32,318 nt of DNA from a bacterium (GCA_031362565.1 JANLSU010000125.1:1-32318); one strand, 5' to 3'. Shown: positions 9,190 to 19,203, counted from the first letter of the stretch. Program-made: numbers and translations. Notes: a model not told the origin generated them from the letters alone.

Positions 9190-10515
9190 CTAGTGCAGGA
9201 ACAGCATCGTCACGAGTTTGACGCCGCCGGTGCCGGCGGCGACCACCAGCAGATCGTTCTTCGCCTTGACCATGTTGCCGGAGGCGCCCGCTTCGAGTGC
9301 CAGGCGGCCCAGAACGCGCAGGCCCTCGTTCTCCTCGGATTCACGGCCGTCACAGCGATAGCGGCCCAATCGCACGACCTGAATGCCGGCCGGCCCCGCG
9401 GCGACGAACGCCAGATGATTGTCGACCGAAACCGCATTCGTCACCGGCGTTGCCGGCGCGTGATCGCCGAACGCACTGTTCCCGAGCTGTGCCAGCAGTG
9501 AGCCATTCGGATTGCGCACTTGCAAGCCGCCGTCACCGGCGCCCAGGTAACACAGATGACCGGCGTATTCGATGGTGCCCTTGGCCGCGGCAACACCATA
9601 GCCGGTGATCGGGGTCCCCGATGCGACGCTCAGTGCCGGCAAGCCGTGCTGCATCATCATGCCCGGCTGGCCGCAAACGCTCATGACCCCCACGCCACCG
9701 CCGTCGTCGGCCGTCTTGTGGCCACCGTCGCCGTAGTCCATCGCGACGCCGCGCACATCGAAGGCGGCGGCAAAGCGCTGCAACGTGAGGTCGTTGCGGC
9801 GCAAGAGTGCAACGCCGCCATTCCGCGCCCCAACTCCCGCCGCGACGGCATCGCCGTGCACGGCAAGATCGGTGACGGCCCAGCTCGGCAGATCGACCCA
9901 TTTGCCGGTTTGCGACAGGCCGCTTCCGCCAGTCAACTTGAGCCGCTCGACGAGCGCCGGGGTCGACAGGGTCGCGTCATCCGACGCGAGACCGACGAAG
10001 ACATCGCTGCCCTGCAGCGTGACGGCGTTCACGTCGGCGTGCCGGTACAGCACTTCCGACACGAGCACCGGGCGTTCGGGATGCGAACAATCGATTGCCT
10101 GTACAGCGCCGGCGAACACGTCGCCGGCGAAGTTGTAGGCGACGAGTGCGGTGTTGCCACTGATCTCGATGTCGTTGGCCTGGACGACGTGGCCTTCCAC
10201 AGTCGGCGCCGCGACGGTCGCGACCTGCGTCAGGCGGACACCGATGACGCGTTCGTCTTCGCCTTTGGCGAATCCCGGCTCGATCGACGCGTTCGGGGCC
10301 ACGACCCTGAGCGGCACGACGCCGCGCGTCAGGCGTGACTCGAGCACGGCCGGATCATTTTCGATCCGGACATTGTCCAAGCCGAGGCTGGGTGGTAACG
10401 GCTGATTCCCCACCGCGTCAGCGGGCGACTCCGGAGCCGGCACGCCGCAGCCCATGAGACCGAACCCCAGCGAAGCCACCCAAGGTGCGAGCCGCTTCGT
10501 CTTGTTCCAGTCCAT
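9190..10515 (-). CDS. Lipoprotein with LVIVD-like beta repeats (probable beta-propeller)
   Basis: GGAGGG RBS before MDWNKTKR; lipobox LMG-C; repeats such as DIEISGNTALVA, AVSVDNHLAFVAAGPAGIQVV and DLLVVAAGTGGVKLV. Confidence 0.75.
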   Translation of the reverse strand: MDWNKTKRLAPWVASLGFGLMGCGVPAPESPADAVGNQPLPPSLGLDNVRIENDPAVLESRLTRGVVPLRVVAPNASIEPGFAKGEDERVIGVRLTQVATVAAPTVEGHVVQANDIEISGNTALVAYNFAGDVFAGAVQAIDCSHPERPVLVSEVLYRHADVNAVTLQGSDVFVGLASDDATLSTPALVERLKLTGGSGLSQTGKWVDLPSWAVTDLAVHGDAVAAGVGARNGGVALLRRNDLTLQRFAAAFDVRGVAMDYGDGGHKTADDGGGVGVMSVCGQPGMMMQHGLPALSVASGTPITGYGVAAAKGTIEYAGHLCYLGAGDGGLQVRNPNGSLLAQLGNSAFGDHAPATPVTNAVSVDNHLAFVAAGPAGIQVVRLGRYRCDGRESEENEGLRVLGRLALEAGASGNMVKAKNDLLVVAAGTGGVKLVTMLFLH

Positions 10516-10600
10516 TTCGCGCCCCTCCAGTGGATTTAGCATCCGAACCGAACGCGGCCGCCACTACCTCACGGCAGCAGTCGGCGCCAGCACCCCAAAC

Positions 10601-10616
10601 TGCAAGAAGCGCCCCA
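10601..10616 (-). promoter_or_regulatory. Sigma54 (-24/-12) promoter candidate upstream of the lipoprotein gene
   Basis: Minus strand TGGGGCG-CTTC-TTGCA (GG-N10-GC), about 85 nt before the start codon. Confidence 0.55.
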
Positions 10617-10716
10617 GTCTGGAATTTCGCGCAGATTTCCCCATTGTGGTTTCGAGCTGGGGTGCCCGGTGGCCGGCGAATCCGCGCCGCACCGTGCATC
10701 GCGTTGCGTGCCAGTT

Positions 10717-12225
10717 TCAAGATGCGGCGGGCGTCGTGCTGAAACCGATGCGCTCGAACTTGTCCCAGCCCTTCTTGCGGGCCAGGTAGTCGCGCATGCC
10801 ACGCAATCGCCACACGATGGTGAGCTGCCGGTAGCCCAAATTCTCGAAAAAGCAGTAGAGAATCAGCATCGCCCGATCGCGCGGCCGCAGGCCTGCCAAC
10901 AGGGTTTGGCCGCGGTAGTCGTGATGCGCCGTCGGCTCCGACCAAAAGGCGACCAACAGGCTCAGCACCGAGATCAGTGCGCCGTATGCGAATGAAATGC
11001 CGAGATAGATCGCCAGATAGCGCCACGACAGGAAACCGAAGGCGGCGAGAAACGGCACCGAGAGGTACCCGAACGCCTCGATGAAGGTGCCGAGGAAGTC
11101 GTAGATCACTAGCCACGGCCACCCGAACATTCCCACCGCGCCGTATTTCTTGTTGAGCAACATGTGCCGGTGATACACCATGATTTCCACGAAGCCACGG
11201 AACCACCGTCCGCGTTGCTTGGAAAGGTCACTGGCGCGCTCCGGCACTTCGGTCCAGCAAATCGGGTACGGCAACGACACGATGATGCGGTCCAGGCCCT
11301 TTTCCTTGATGTAGCGGTGCAACCGCACCACGATCTCCATGTCCTCGCACACCGTACTCGAGCCTTGGCCGGCATATTCGTGCGCCAGGCGCGACCGCAC
11401 ATGTTCAGTGAGGTAGCCACCGACGCGGATCAGCAGCTCCTTCTCGAAAATGCAGAACACTCCGGAAACGATGAGCAGGGAGTTGAGACGCGACAGTGCC
11501 GTGCGCGCCATGGTGAAGCTGCGGACGTACTCGATGATTTGGAAGCGCGCCAAGTGGCTTTTAGGAAGCGCCACTTCGAGGACGCGTCCATTTTCGATCT
11601 TGCAACCGTTGGCCACCACGACCTGGCCGCCGACGGCCGCCACCCGCGAGTTTTCGAGCAACACCCGGAAGATCTGCGACAGCGCCACATCGTCGATGAG
11701 CGAATCGGCATCCATGGAGATGACGTAGGGGCAACCCGAGGCGTTGATGCCGGCGTTCAGGGCATCGGCCTTACCGCCGTTCGCCTTGTCGACGACGACG
11801 AGACGGCGCACCGAGGGCGGCAGCGGAATCGTCGCTTCGTACAGGCCGCGCACCGCCGCCGTGGCGATGCCGGCCCGGAAAGGGACATCGCGGCGCCGCA
11901 GCTGCAGCGTTTTTTGCAGCACCTCCATCGTGCCGTCTTTGGAACCATCGTTGACGACGATGATTTCGAAATTCGGGAAGCGCAGCGCCATCAACGACTG
12001 CAACGACGGGCCGATGGTGACTGCCTCGTTGTAGGCCGGCACCAGAATCGAGACCGGCGGCGTGTACGGCGACTGCTCCAGCAACTCGTAGTCATCGAGC
12101 CCCTTGAGCCGCAGGCGCTTGCGGACGTCGATGAATGCGAACACCAAGAGCAGCAAATTGACGCCGTTGTAGATCGCAAAATACGCCACGAAGATCCAGG
12201 TCAAGAGCAGCGTCCCGTGGCTCAT
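10717..12225 (-). CDS. Family 2 processive glycosyltransferase (PgaC/IcaA/cellulose-synthase-like), integral membrane
   Basis: VPAYNE, NDGSKD, KANGGKADALN, DADS, CEDMEI and QRGRW (QxxRW) motifs; N- and C-terminal TM helices; ATGA overlap with the HEAT gene. Confidence 0.9.
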   Translation of the reverse strand: MSHGTLLLTWIFVAYFAIYNGVNLLLLVFAFIDVRKRLRLKGLDDYELLEQSPYTPPVSILVPAYNEAVTIGPSLQSLMALRFPNFEIIVVNDGSKDGTMEVLQKTLQLRRRDVPFRAGIATAAVRGLYEATIPLPPSVRRLVVVDKANGGKADALNAGINASGCPYVISMDADSLIDDVALSQIFRVLLENSRVAAVGGQVVVANGCKIENGRVLEVALPKSHLARFQIIEYVRSFTMARTALSRLNSLLIVSGVFCIFEKELLIRVGGYLTEHVRSRLAHEYAGQGSSTVCEDMEIVVRLHRYIKEKGLDRIIVSLPYPICWTEVPERASDLSKQRGRWFRGFVEIMVYHRHMLLNKKYGAVGMFGWPWLVIYDFLGTFIEAFGYLSVPFLAAFGFLSWRYLAIYLGISFAYGALISVLSLLVAFWSEPTAHHDYRGQTLLAGLRPRDRAMLILYCFFENLGYRQLTIVWRLRGMRDYLARKKGWDKFERIGFSTTPAAS

Positions 12226-15200
12226 GAGGGGCCCTTCGCGGCCGGCTTCGCTTTGGCGCGCATACCCGCGCGGGCGGGACCTGTCGCGGCGATGTGCACC
12301 GCGACCGGCGCGGCCTCTGAGTCCAACCCGAGGCACACGGCAGCGTCCGGATCACGCATCCAGCCGCGCAGAACCTCCTCGAGACGCGCACCGAGCGCGC
12401 GAATGCGCGGCGCGGGATCGACACGTGCGGCCGCCAGCGCCTGACTCCGCGACTCCGGACTGCGAAAGAAGAGGGCTTTGAGCGCCCCGGCGCGTTGATC
12501 GCCCGAACGGCTCGACGCGAGCCGGCGCTCGAGTTCCGCTACGGGTTCCATCGCGTCCAGCGCCGCTGCGATCGCCGCCACATCGCGCCAGCCGACCGCC
12601 TCTTCGACTGCGTCGCTGCCCTCGGTCAAGAGCGCCGCGAGCGCCGTCGCCCGCACCCGCGCGTCGCCATCGGCGAGCGCGGTGCGCAGTTCCGGCAGCA
12701 CCTTCTGCGGACTCAACCGCGCCAGACGGACAAGTGCCGCATGCCGCACTTCGGGCGCCGGATCTTCGAGCGCCAACTTGAGGAGCGGCAAGCCACGCGT
12801 CGCGCCCAAGCCCGCCGCGGCATCGACCGCACCCAGGCGTACGTGCAGGTCGGGATCCTGCAGGCACGCCGTGATGAGTTCACGCGCTCGCTTCGCCGGC
12901 ACGTTGGTGAGCGTTTCCACCGCCGCCCGCCGCAGTTCCGGCGCGTCGCCTTCCAGGAACGTCGCCAAGAGTTGCGGCGCATCCTTGTGCCGGGTTCGTC
13001 CCAAGACGCGCATCAACGTCTGCCGGGCGCCGGGTTCGAGTTCGGCTCCCAAGACGCCGTCCAACAGCTGATCGAGGTCGCCCTCGGGAAGCGCCGCCAG
13101 TGTTGTCACGAGCGAGGCCTGCAGCTCGGGATCCGCGGCCGCCAAATGGGCGCGCACGAGCGGCAACAGGTGGTCGACCGGCACATCCTTGAGATGTTGC
13201 ATCGCTTCGGCGCGGACGCGCGGCTGCAGGTCGTTCAGCGCGTCCTCGAGAAGCCGCAAGAACTCGTCGCGCGGCGCCGCCCGCGCCAGAAACCGCAGTG
13301 CGACGACGCGCACTTCCTCACACGGATCCTTGTAGAACGTACGCCACACGGCCGGGTAGGCGCCATCGGCCCGCAAGCATTCCAACGTCGCAATGACCCG
13401 CGTCCGGCGTTCGCGCGACTGCGCGGTCGAAAGCTCCTGGGCGAGCGCCGCCTCCAGCTCCGGGCGCGACTCCAAGCTCGCGACCCGGAACTCGATGCAG
13501 TCGGCAGCCTTGACGCGTTCGACCATGGTTCGCAGCAACGCGTCGCCGAGCCGCTCGCGCTCGTGCAAGAAATCGTACAACGGAAAATCGCGCAGCGTAT
13601 CCAGCACCGTTTGCAAGTCCTGATCGCGCCCAAGCACCATGAGCGCCAAGAGCGCATGGGCGCGCATGTCGCGGGTCGAGCGCTCCGACGCCAGCACACC
13701 GCGCAAGAGATCGCCCGAATCGCGGTCCTCGAGCGCACCCAGCGTCAAGACGGCGCGGGCGCGTACTTGGGGCGACGGATCGAACACCGCTTGGCGAATC
13801 ACACTCAAGCTCGAGGCGTCGGCGATTCGGAACAACGCTTCCAGCACATGGAGCCGCGTCGCTTCGGAAGGGCTCGCGAGCAAGGCATGCAAATCGGCGA
13901 GCGCCTCGGTGTCCCGCACTTGGCCCAGCATGCGTACCGCTTCGCCGGCCACGACTTCGTCGGCATCTTGCAGCATCGACCGCATAAGTTCACGCCCCAC
14001 CGCATGCCCCATCTGCCCCAATGCAGCGAGCGCCCCCATGCGGCTGCTGCGATCGTTGCCTTGGAAGAGAACGTCGATCAAGCGCTCTGGATCGTTCCAA
14101 GAGATCTGTCCCACGGCCCACGCGATGGCGCCGCCGAGTTCCGGCGTGGCGTTCTCGAGGCCGCGCGCCAGAGTTTCGAGGCAGGCCGGCGAGCCGATGT
14201 GGCCGAGGGCGCGCGCCGACGCGACTTGCACCGCCGGATCGTGGTCGAAGAAGGATTCCGTGAGGCGCGGGATCGCGGCTTCGGCTTGCAAGAAGCCGAG
14301 CGCCCGCGCCGCTTCGGTGCGCACCGTGGAGTTGGCGTCGGTGAGCAGTTCGAGGAGCGGCTCCACGGCCTTTTCGTTGCCGACTTTACCGAGCACGACC
14401 GCCGCACCGGCGCGCACCCGCGGCTCCGGATCACGCAGTGCTGCTCCCAGCAACTCGATGGGATCGCCGACTGGAATGCGTTCGAGCGCCCGCACGGCTT
14501 CGATGCGAATGGCATCGCTCGGATCGCCGAGCAAGCGGCTGATGGGCGCCGCGGCAGTCGTTTCGCCAAGCGCCGCCAACGACCGCACGACGCCGGCGCG
14601 AATGCGCGCATCCGGTTCCTTCTCGAGCCGGCCGACGAGGGCGACCGAGACCATCGGGTTGCGAATCTCGCCCAAGATTTCGACGATCATGAAACGGACC
14701 CGCGTATCCTGGTGCTCCAACGCCTCGATCAAGATTTCCACGACGCCCGCCTGGCCGGCGGCGAGCAATTTCTCGCGCGCCCCGGCGTCGAGTTCCGCCA
14801 AGCGCGTCACGAGCCGGTCCATGGCGCCCAAGCGCTCGAGCGTCATGGCGGCGCGCGCCCGCACTTCTTTGTCGCGGTCCTCGAGTGCCAAGAAGAGCGG
14901 CTCGATCGCCTGTTCGCCCAGGTGTTCGAGCGCTTCGACGACGCGAATACGCACCCACCACTCGCCGTCCTTGAGAGCGTCGATGAGGTCGTGCAGGGCG
15001 CGCGGATCGCCGATCGCGCCGAGCGCACGCACCACCTGAATGCGCACGTACGGCACCGGATCGGAGAGCATCATGCGGATGAGGTCGGCAACGGCGCGGC
15101 GGTCACCGAGCCGCCCGAGCGCGCTTGCAGCGCGGGCCCGCACTTGATCGTTGATGTCGGAAAGGCAGCCGAGCAGGATCGGCACGGCGCGTGGGTTGCC

Positions 15201-15890
15201 GAGGTCACCCAGAATTTGGCACGCCCAGGCCCGCGCCGCCGAATCATCGTGACGGCCGAGCAACACGACCAGCGGGTCGAAGGCCAGATCGCCGAACTGC
15301 AGCACGACCTCGGCGACGCGCGCCGGCAGCCAGCTCTCGGGCGCCGCAAGGGCTTCGAGCATGGGTTCGATGGCGCGCGGATCGCGAATGCGCCCGAGCG
15401 CGCGGCTCGCGGCCATGCGCACGTCGCGATCCTCTTCGCGGGTGTTGCGCATGACGCGCACCAGTGGCGCGACGGCTTTGGCGCTGCCGATTTCGCCGAG
15501 GAAACGCGCCGCGAAAGCGCGTTCGGCCCAACCGCGGGAGTTTTCGAGTTTGTCGATGTAGCGATCGACGATCCCCAGCCCGTCGAACGATTCGTGCAGC
15601 GACCGCCGGGCTTCGGGGCTCGCATCGGCGGCCAGTTTGCTGCGCCGCTCGGCGAGCAGATGTTCGAGAACGTCGAGGTCACGCCACACACCGCGGCGGC
15701 GGCGGATCGAACGAAAGGCACGGCCATCCGCACCCTCGTCGCCCAGCAGGTCACGGAGCAGATCCATGCGCCGGCCCAGATGCCGGGTACGCCACTGGAG
15801 CCAACCTTCTCGGAAAAGAACCACGGCGAGTGCCGAGAGGAACAGCGCGGCGCAAATGACGGCAAGAATGCTGGCAACTCGATCGATCAC
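12222..15890 (-). CDS. Very large HEAT-repeat (PBS-lyase-like) protein with N-terminal membrane anchor
   Basis: GGAGG RBS and GTG start; N-terminal TM helix; many repeats of the type L.D....VR..AA.ALG.LGD..A...L across 1222 aa. Confidence 0.9.
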   Translation of the reverse strand: MIDRVASILAVICAALFLSALAVVLFREGWLQWRTRHLGRRMDLLRDLLGDEGADGRAFRSIRRRRGVWRDLDVLEHLLAERRSKLAADASPEARRSLHESFDGLGIVDRYIDKLENSRGWAERAFAARFLGEIGSAKAVAPLVRVMRNTREEDRDVRMAASRALGRIRDPRAIEPMLEALAAPESWLPARVAEVVLQFGDLAFDPLVVLLGRHDDSAARAWACQILGDLGNPRAVPILLGCLSDINDQVRARAASALGRLGDRRAVADLIRMMLSDPVPYVRIQVVRALGAIGDPRALHDLIDALKDGEWWVRIRVVEALEHLGEQAIEPLFLALEDRDKEVRARAAMTLERLGAMDRLVTRLAELDAGAREKLLAAGQAGVVEILIEALEHQDTRVRFMIVEILGEIRNPMVSVALVGRLEKEPDARIRAGVVRSLAALGETTAAAPISRLLGDPSDAIRIEAVRALERIPVGDPIELLGAALRDPEPRVRAGAAVVLGKVGNEKAVEPLLELLTDANSTVRTEAARALGFLQAEAAIPRLTESFFDHDPAVQVASARALGHIGSPACLETLARGLENATPELGGAIAWAVGQISWNDPERLIDVLFQGNDRSSRMGALAALGQMGHAVGRELMRSMLQDADEVVAGEAVRMLGQVRDTEALADLHALLASPSEATRLHVLEALFRIADASSLSVIRQAVFDPSPQVRARAVLTLGALEDRDSGDLLRGVLASERSTRDMRAHALLALMVLGRDQDLQTVLDTLRDFPLYDFLHERERLGDALLRTMVERVKAADCIEFRVASLESRPELEAALAQELSTAQSRERRTRVIATLECLRADGAYPAVWRTFYKDPCEEVRVVALRFLARAAPRDEFLRLLEDALNDLQPRVRAEAMQHLKDVPVDHLLPLVRAHLAAADPELQASLVTTLAALPEGDLDQLLDGVLGAELEPGARQTLMRVLGRTRHKDAPQLLATFLEGDAPELRRAAVETLTNVPAKRARELITACLQDPDLHVRLGAVDAAAGLGATRGLPLLKLALEDPAPEVRHAALVRLARLSPQKVLPELRTALADGDARVRATALAALLTEGSDAVEEAVGWRDVAAIAAALDAMEPVAELERRLASSRSGDQRAGALKALFFRSPESRSQALAAARVDPAPRIRALGARLEEVLRGWMRDPDAAVCLGLDSEAAPVAVHIAATGPARAGMRAKAKPAAKGPS

Positions 15891-15962
15891 GAGCGGGCCT
15901 CCGCATCCATGGCGCGGTTGCGGATGCCGCGCCTTGCCACACGCCGTAGCCCGTGACGCCCG

Positions 15963-16352
15963 TTACGCCGGCGCGCCCTGATCCTGCAAGAGCGCATGTA
16001 CTTCGCGCAGCAGATCGGCCGGATCGAAAGGCTTGGCCACGAAGCCGTTACCGCCGACGCGTTTCGCCCAGAAGCGATCGCTCGGCTGCGATTTAGCGGA
16101 TACGAAGAGCACCGGTACTGCCTGCGTCGCGGCATCGGCTTTGAGCGCGCGGCACAACTGGTAGCCATTTTTCTGCGGCAGCAAAATCTCGATGACGATG
16201 ACGTCCGCCGGCGTGTCGCGCAACTTCGCGAGCGCTTCGTCACCGTCACGCGCCACGAGGACGCGATAGCCTTCGCTGTCGAGAATCTGTTCCGCGTGCT
16301 TCGCCGCCGCATGATCCGCGTCGACGAGGAGGATTGTCTTGGCGCGCGCCAT
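15963..16352 (-). CDS. Stand-alone receiver (CheY/PilH-like) protein with Glu at the phosphoacceptor position
   Basis: ILLVDAD, ARDGDEAL, VIVIEILLPQKNG (canonical LDxxLP), VSAK, FVAKPF; GGGAG RBS. Alternative start at 16361. Confidence 0.85.
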   Translation of the reverse strand: MARAKTILLVDADHAAAKHAEQILDSEGYRVLVARDGDEALAKLRDTPADVIVIEILLPQKNGYQLCRALKADAATQAVPVLFVSAKSQPSDRFWAKRVGGNGFVAKPFDPADLLREVHALLQDQGAPA

Positions 16353-16412
16353 CTCCGCCATTCTCCCGAACGTACCGTCGGACAGGTTCGTGAACCCTTT
16401 GGTGGAATGAAC

Positions 16413-16428
16413 AGCAATCGACGTACCA
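16413..16428 (-). promoter_or_regulatory. Sigma54 (-24/-12) promoter upstream of the receiver-HEAT-GT2 operon
   Basis: Minus strand TGGTACG-TCGA-TTGCT; one mismatch to TGGCACG-N4-TTGCW. Confidence 0.75.
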
Positions 16429-16614
16429 CGGGCGCCGCCAACCACCCTCCACGCGGTAGCGACGCGCGGCGCAGGAGGGTTCGAAAGGGCGCATTGCGCC
16501 GCAACATGAAGGCATCCTGCCGCCGCCGCTCCGCCCGGAATCGCCGCGTGGTGCGAAGCGCCACGCAACCGTGCGCCGTTGCCGCGCCGGCCCTCCACGC
16601 GCTACGATGCGCGC

Positions 16615-17076
16615 ATGGAACCGAGCCTCCAGGAACGCTACGCGCCTCACAACGCCTGCTTCGGCTGTGGCCCCGCGAACCCCAAGGGCCTGCACATCCG
16701 CAGCTTCGCTGCCGATGGCGAATACATCGCGACGTGGCAGCCGGAATCGCATCACGAAGCATTCCCCGGAGTGCTGAACGGCGGCATTATCGGCGCGCTG
16801 CTCGACTGCCACATGAACTGGTCGAGCGCCCATCACCTGATGTTGCAGCGCGGTATCATGACGCCACCGTGTACGGTGACGGCCGAGTTCAGCATCAAGC
16901 TGACGCGGCCGACGCCGACATCAGGCCCCGTGCAGTTGCACGCCCGCATCGTCGAATCGACACTGGACCGGGTCGTGGTGGAATCGACGTTGGAGGCGGC
17001 GGGAAAGACCTGCGCCGCGGGACGCGGGACGTTCGTCGCCGTCGAACCGGGACACCCGGCCTATCATCGCTGGTAG
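16615..17076 (+). CDS. PaaI family (hotdog-fold) thioesterase
   Basis: CFGCGPANPKGL, HEAFPGVLNGGIIGALLDCH, VTAEFSIKLTRPTP. Confidence 0.88.
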   Translation: MEPSLQERYAPHNACFGCGPANPKGLHIRSFAADGEYIATWQPESHHEAFPGVLNGGIIGALLDCHMNWSSAHHLMLQRGIMTPPCTVTAEFSIKLTRPTPTSGPVQLHARIVESTLDRVVVESTLEAAGKTCAAGRGTFVAVEPGHPAYHRW

Positions 17077-17077
17077 A

Positions 17078-18223
17078 TCAACCGGTGGGCTGTGCACCGC
17101 GCGCCGGCGGCGGCGTCGGAGTCGCCGGTTCGAGCGACGGAGCGCCGTCTTCGGTATGCGCCGCACTGGACTTGGCAGCCCCGAGCGGCCGTCCACCCCA
17201 GTGCAACACTTGAATCTTGCCCATCACCGCGGCATTGTTCTCGGGCTGCTCGTCGAGGATTTCGTCATAGAGATGTTCGGCACGCGCCAGGTCGCCGTCC
17301 CAGGCCACGACGCGCGCTAGCCCGAGCCGCGCTTCGACATTGCGGGGATCGTCCTTCAAAACGCGCTCATAGATATTGATGGAACGCTTGTACTCTTCGC
17401 CCCACGCCAGAATCTTCGCATAGTCGACGAGCAACAAGTGATCGCCGGGCGCTTCGCGCAACAATTCCTCGTAGGCTTCGCGGGCGCGGGTCAAGTTGCC
17501 TTGCCAGCCATAGACACGCGCCCGGCCCAGGCGGGCTTCTTTGTTCTTGGGATCCGATTTCAGGACCTTCTCATAGACGCCCATGGCGCGATCGAATTGA
17601 TCGTTCCAGGCCAAAGTGCTGGCGAGGCCCAACATGCCCTCGACACTGTCAGCGTGCTGCACCAAGAGGCGCTCGTAGAAGTCGGCTGCCTGTTTGTACT
17701 CGCCGGCCCAGCCGTGCGTCTGCGCCGCGCCGAGCAGGGCTAAGTATTCGTTCGGACGCGTGGCAAGAACCGCCTCGTACTCGTGCGAGGCATCCGCGAA
17801 CCGGCCGTCGGCGCCTAGCGCCCGCGCGTGCCCAAGTCGAAAATCGAGGTACCCCGGTTTGAGATGCAGCGCCTTGTCGAACAAGGCCACGGCTTCGCCG
17901 GCGCGTTCGAGACGCAGCACGGTCGCCGCCAGTTTCCCCAGCACCGTCGGATCATTGGGCCGCGCGCGGTCCGCATCGCGGTACGACTTCTCGGCGTCCG
18001 CCCAGCGCCCCAACTCCGTGTGCTTGTCACCGTCCTGAATGAATCGATCGCGATCGGCGTCCGTAGTTGTCGCCACGGCCGCCGTGGCGACGGATTGCTT
18101 CGCCGCGGGTGGCGCGGGCTTGGAGGCCGATTTGGCTGCGGCCTGTGAAACCGCGGGCAGCCCCAGCCAGAGCGCTAAGACGGCGCCGCGCGCGGCATGC
18201 TTTTGCAAGCGACGTTGGTTCAC
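17078..18223 (-). CDS. Exported TPR-repeat protein with Trp-containing repeats
   Basis: Signal peptide ending VSQAAA; six repeats of the type LGLA.VLAW.G..; GTGA overlap with the upstream TPR gene. Confidence 0.8.
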   Translation of the reverse strand: MNQRRLQKHAARGAVLALWLGLPAVSQAAAKSASKPAPPAAKQSVATAAVATTTDADRDRFIQDGDKHTELGRWADAEKSYRDADRARPNDPTVLGKLAATVLRLERAGEAVALFDKALHLKPGYLDFRLGHARALGADGRFADASHEYEAVLATRPNEYLALLGAAQTHGWAGEYKQAADFYERLLVQHADSVEGMLGLASTLAWNDQFDRAMGVYEKVLKSDPKNKEARLGRARVYGWQGNLTRAREAYEELLREAPGDHLLLVDYAKILAWGEEYKRSINIYERVLKDDPRNVEARLGLARVVAWDGDLARAEHLYDEILDEQPENNAAVMGKIQVLHWGGRPLGAAKSSAAHTEDGAPSLEPATPTPPPARGAQPTG

Positions 18224-19203
18224 GGCGTCTTGCTCCTCGCGCGCTCATGCAGCTCACGCTGCAACGCCAAGCCCTGCGGATCCCGTGGTTGTTTGGCCAA
18301 GAGCGCATCGACTTCAGCGCCCGCCTCGCGGACCCGCCCCGCACTCAGATGCAGGCGCGCCAATGCGGCGCGCGCCGTTCGGTCATCGGGATTTTCATGC
18401 AGCAAGTCCTCGAGACAGCGCCGCGCTTCCGTCTCGTGTCCGAACTCGGGCCCGAGTGCGCCGAGTCCCAGACGCGCGCCCGGATGAAATGGGTCGACGA
18501 GTAGCACCCAGCGGAACATTTCGAAAGCCGAGCGCCGGTTGCCGGCACTCGCCAAGCGCCACGCGTCGGCCACCATGTCGGCCGGGGTCTTGCCCGCCAC
18601 GCGCCATGCCGAGAGCATTCCATCGACGGACTTCACGAGATGACTCTCGGTCTCTTCCTCACTCGGGTGGGCTCGCAAGAGGCCGTCGGCGATCGGCAGG
18701 CATTCCGCGAAGCGCTGTGACGTGAAGAGCACGGCTTCCAGGCCGCGGACGCTCTCCTCGCGTTCGGGATTGCGCGCCAACACGCGGCGGAACTCGGCTT
18801 CGGCCTCGGCCGCTCGGCCGGCGCGGTACAGCGCGAACGCATGACCGTTCATCAAGTCCAAGTGTTCGGGCGCGACTTCGAGTCCGGCGCCAAAGGCTTG
18901 CACGGCGTCCGGCATGCGGTCGAGCCGGTACAGAGCCCAACCCAACAGTACTTGGGCGCGCGGCCGCGACGTGCCGGGAGTGGAGAGGACGCGCACCACC
19001 GCCGCATAGTCGTGCCACGCGTAGTAGATCTCGGCCGAGTCCAGCCGCGCCATACCGGCGGAAACTTGACTCGGGTCGAAGGCGTGCGGACGCGTGGAGC
19101 GCGGCGGCGCGACCGGGGCGCGGTCTTCTGCCGCCACGATTGCGGCATGAACGACCACACTCGCGACCACGCACGCAACGAACCGCGGTGGACGATACGG
19201 CAT
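18220..19203 (-). CDS. Exported TPR-repeat protein
   Basis: N-terminal hydrophobic signal; TPRs LLGWALYRLDR, AFALYRAGRAAEAEAEFRRVL and ALARLHLSAGR. Confidence 0.75.
   Translation of the reverse strand: MPYRPPRFVACVVASVVVHAAIVAAEDRAPVAPPRSTRPHAFDPSQVSAGMARLDSAEIYYAWHDYAAVVRVLSTPGTSRPRAQVLLGWALYRLDRMPDAVQAFGAGLEVAPEHLDLMNGHAFALYRAGRAAEAEAEFRRVLARNPEREESVRGLEAVLFTSQRFAECLPIADGLLRAHPSEEETESHLVKSVDGMLSAWRVAGKTPADMVADAWRLASAGNRRSAFEMFRWVLLVDPFHPGARLGLGALGPEFGHETEARRCLEDLLHENPDDRTARAALARLHLSAGRVREAGAEVDALLAKQPRDPQGLALQRELHERARSKTP

Noticed and set aside
12495..15956. Long + strand ORF (1153 aa) and other long antisense ORFs (for example 22-1374, 3308-4903, 21279-22928)
   Set aside because: Antisense shadows of real GC-rich genes, with Arg-rich composition and no recognisable motifs.
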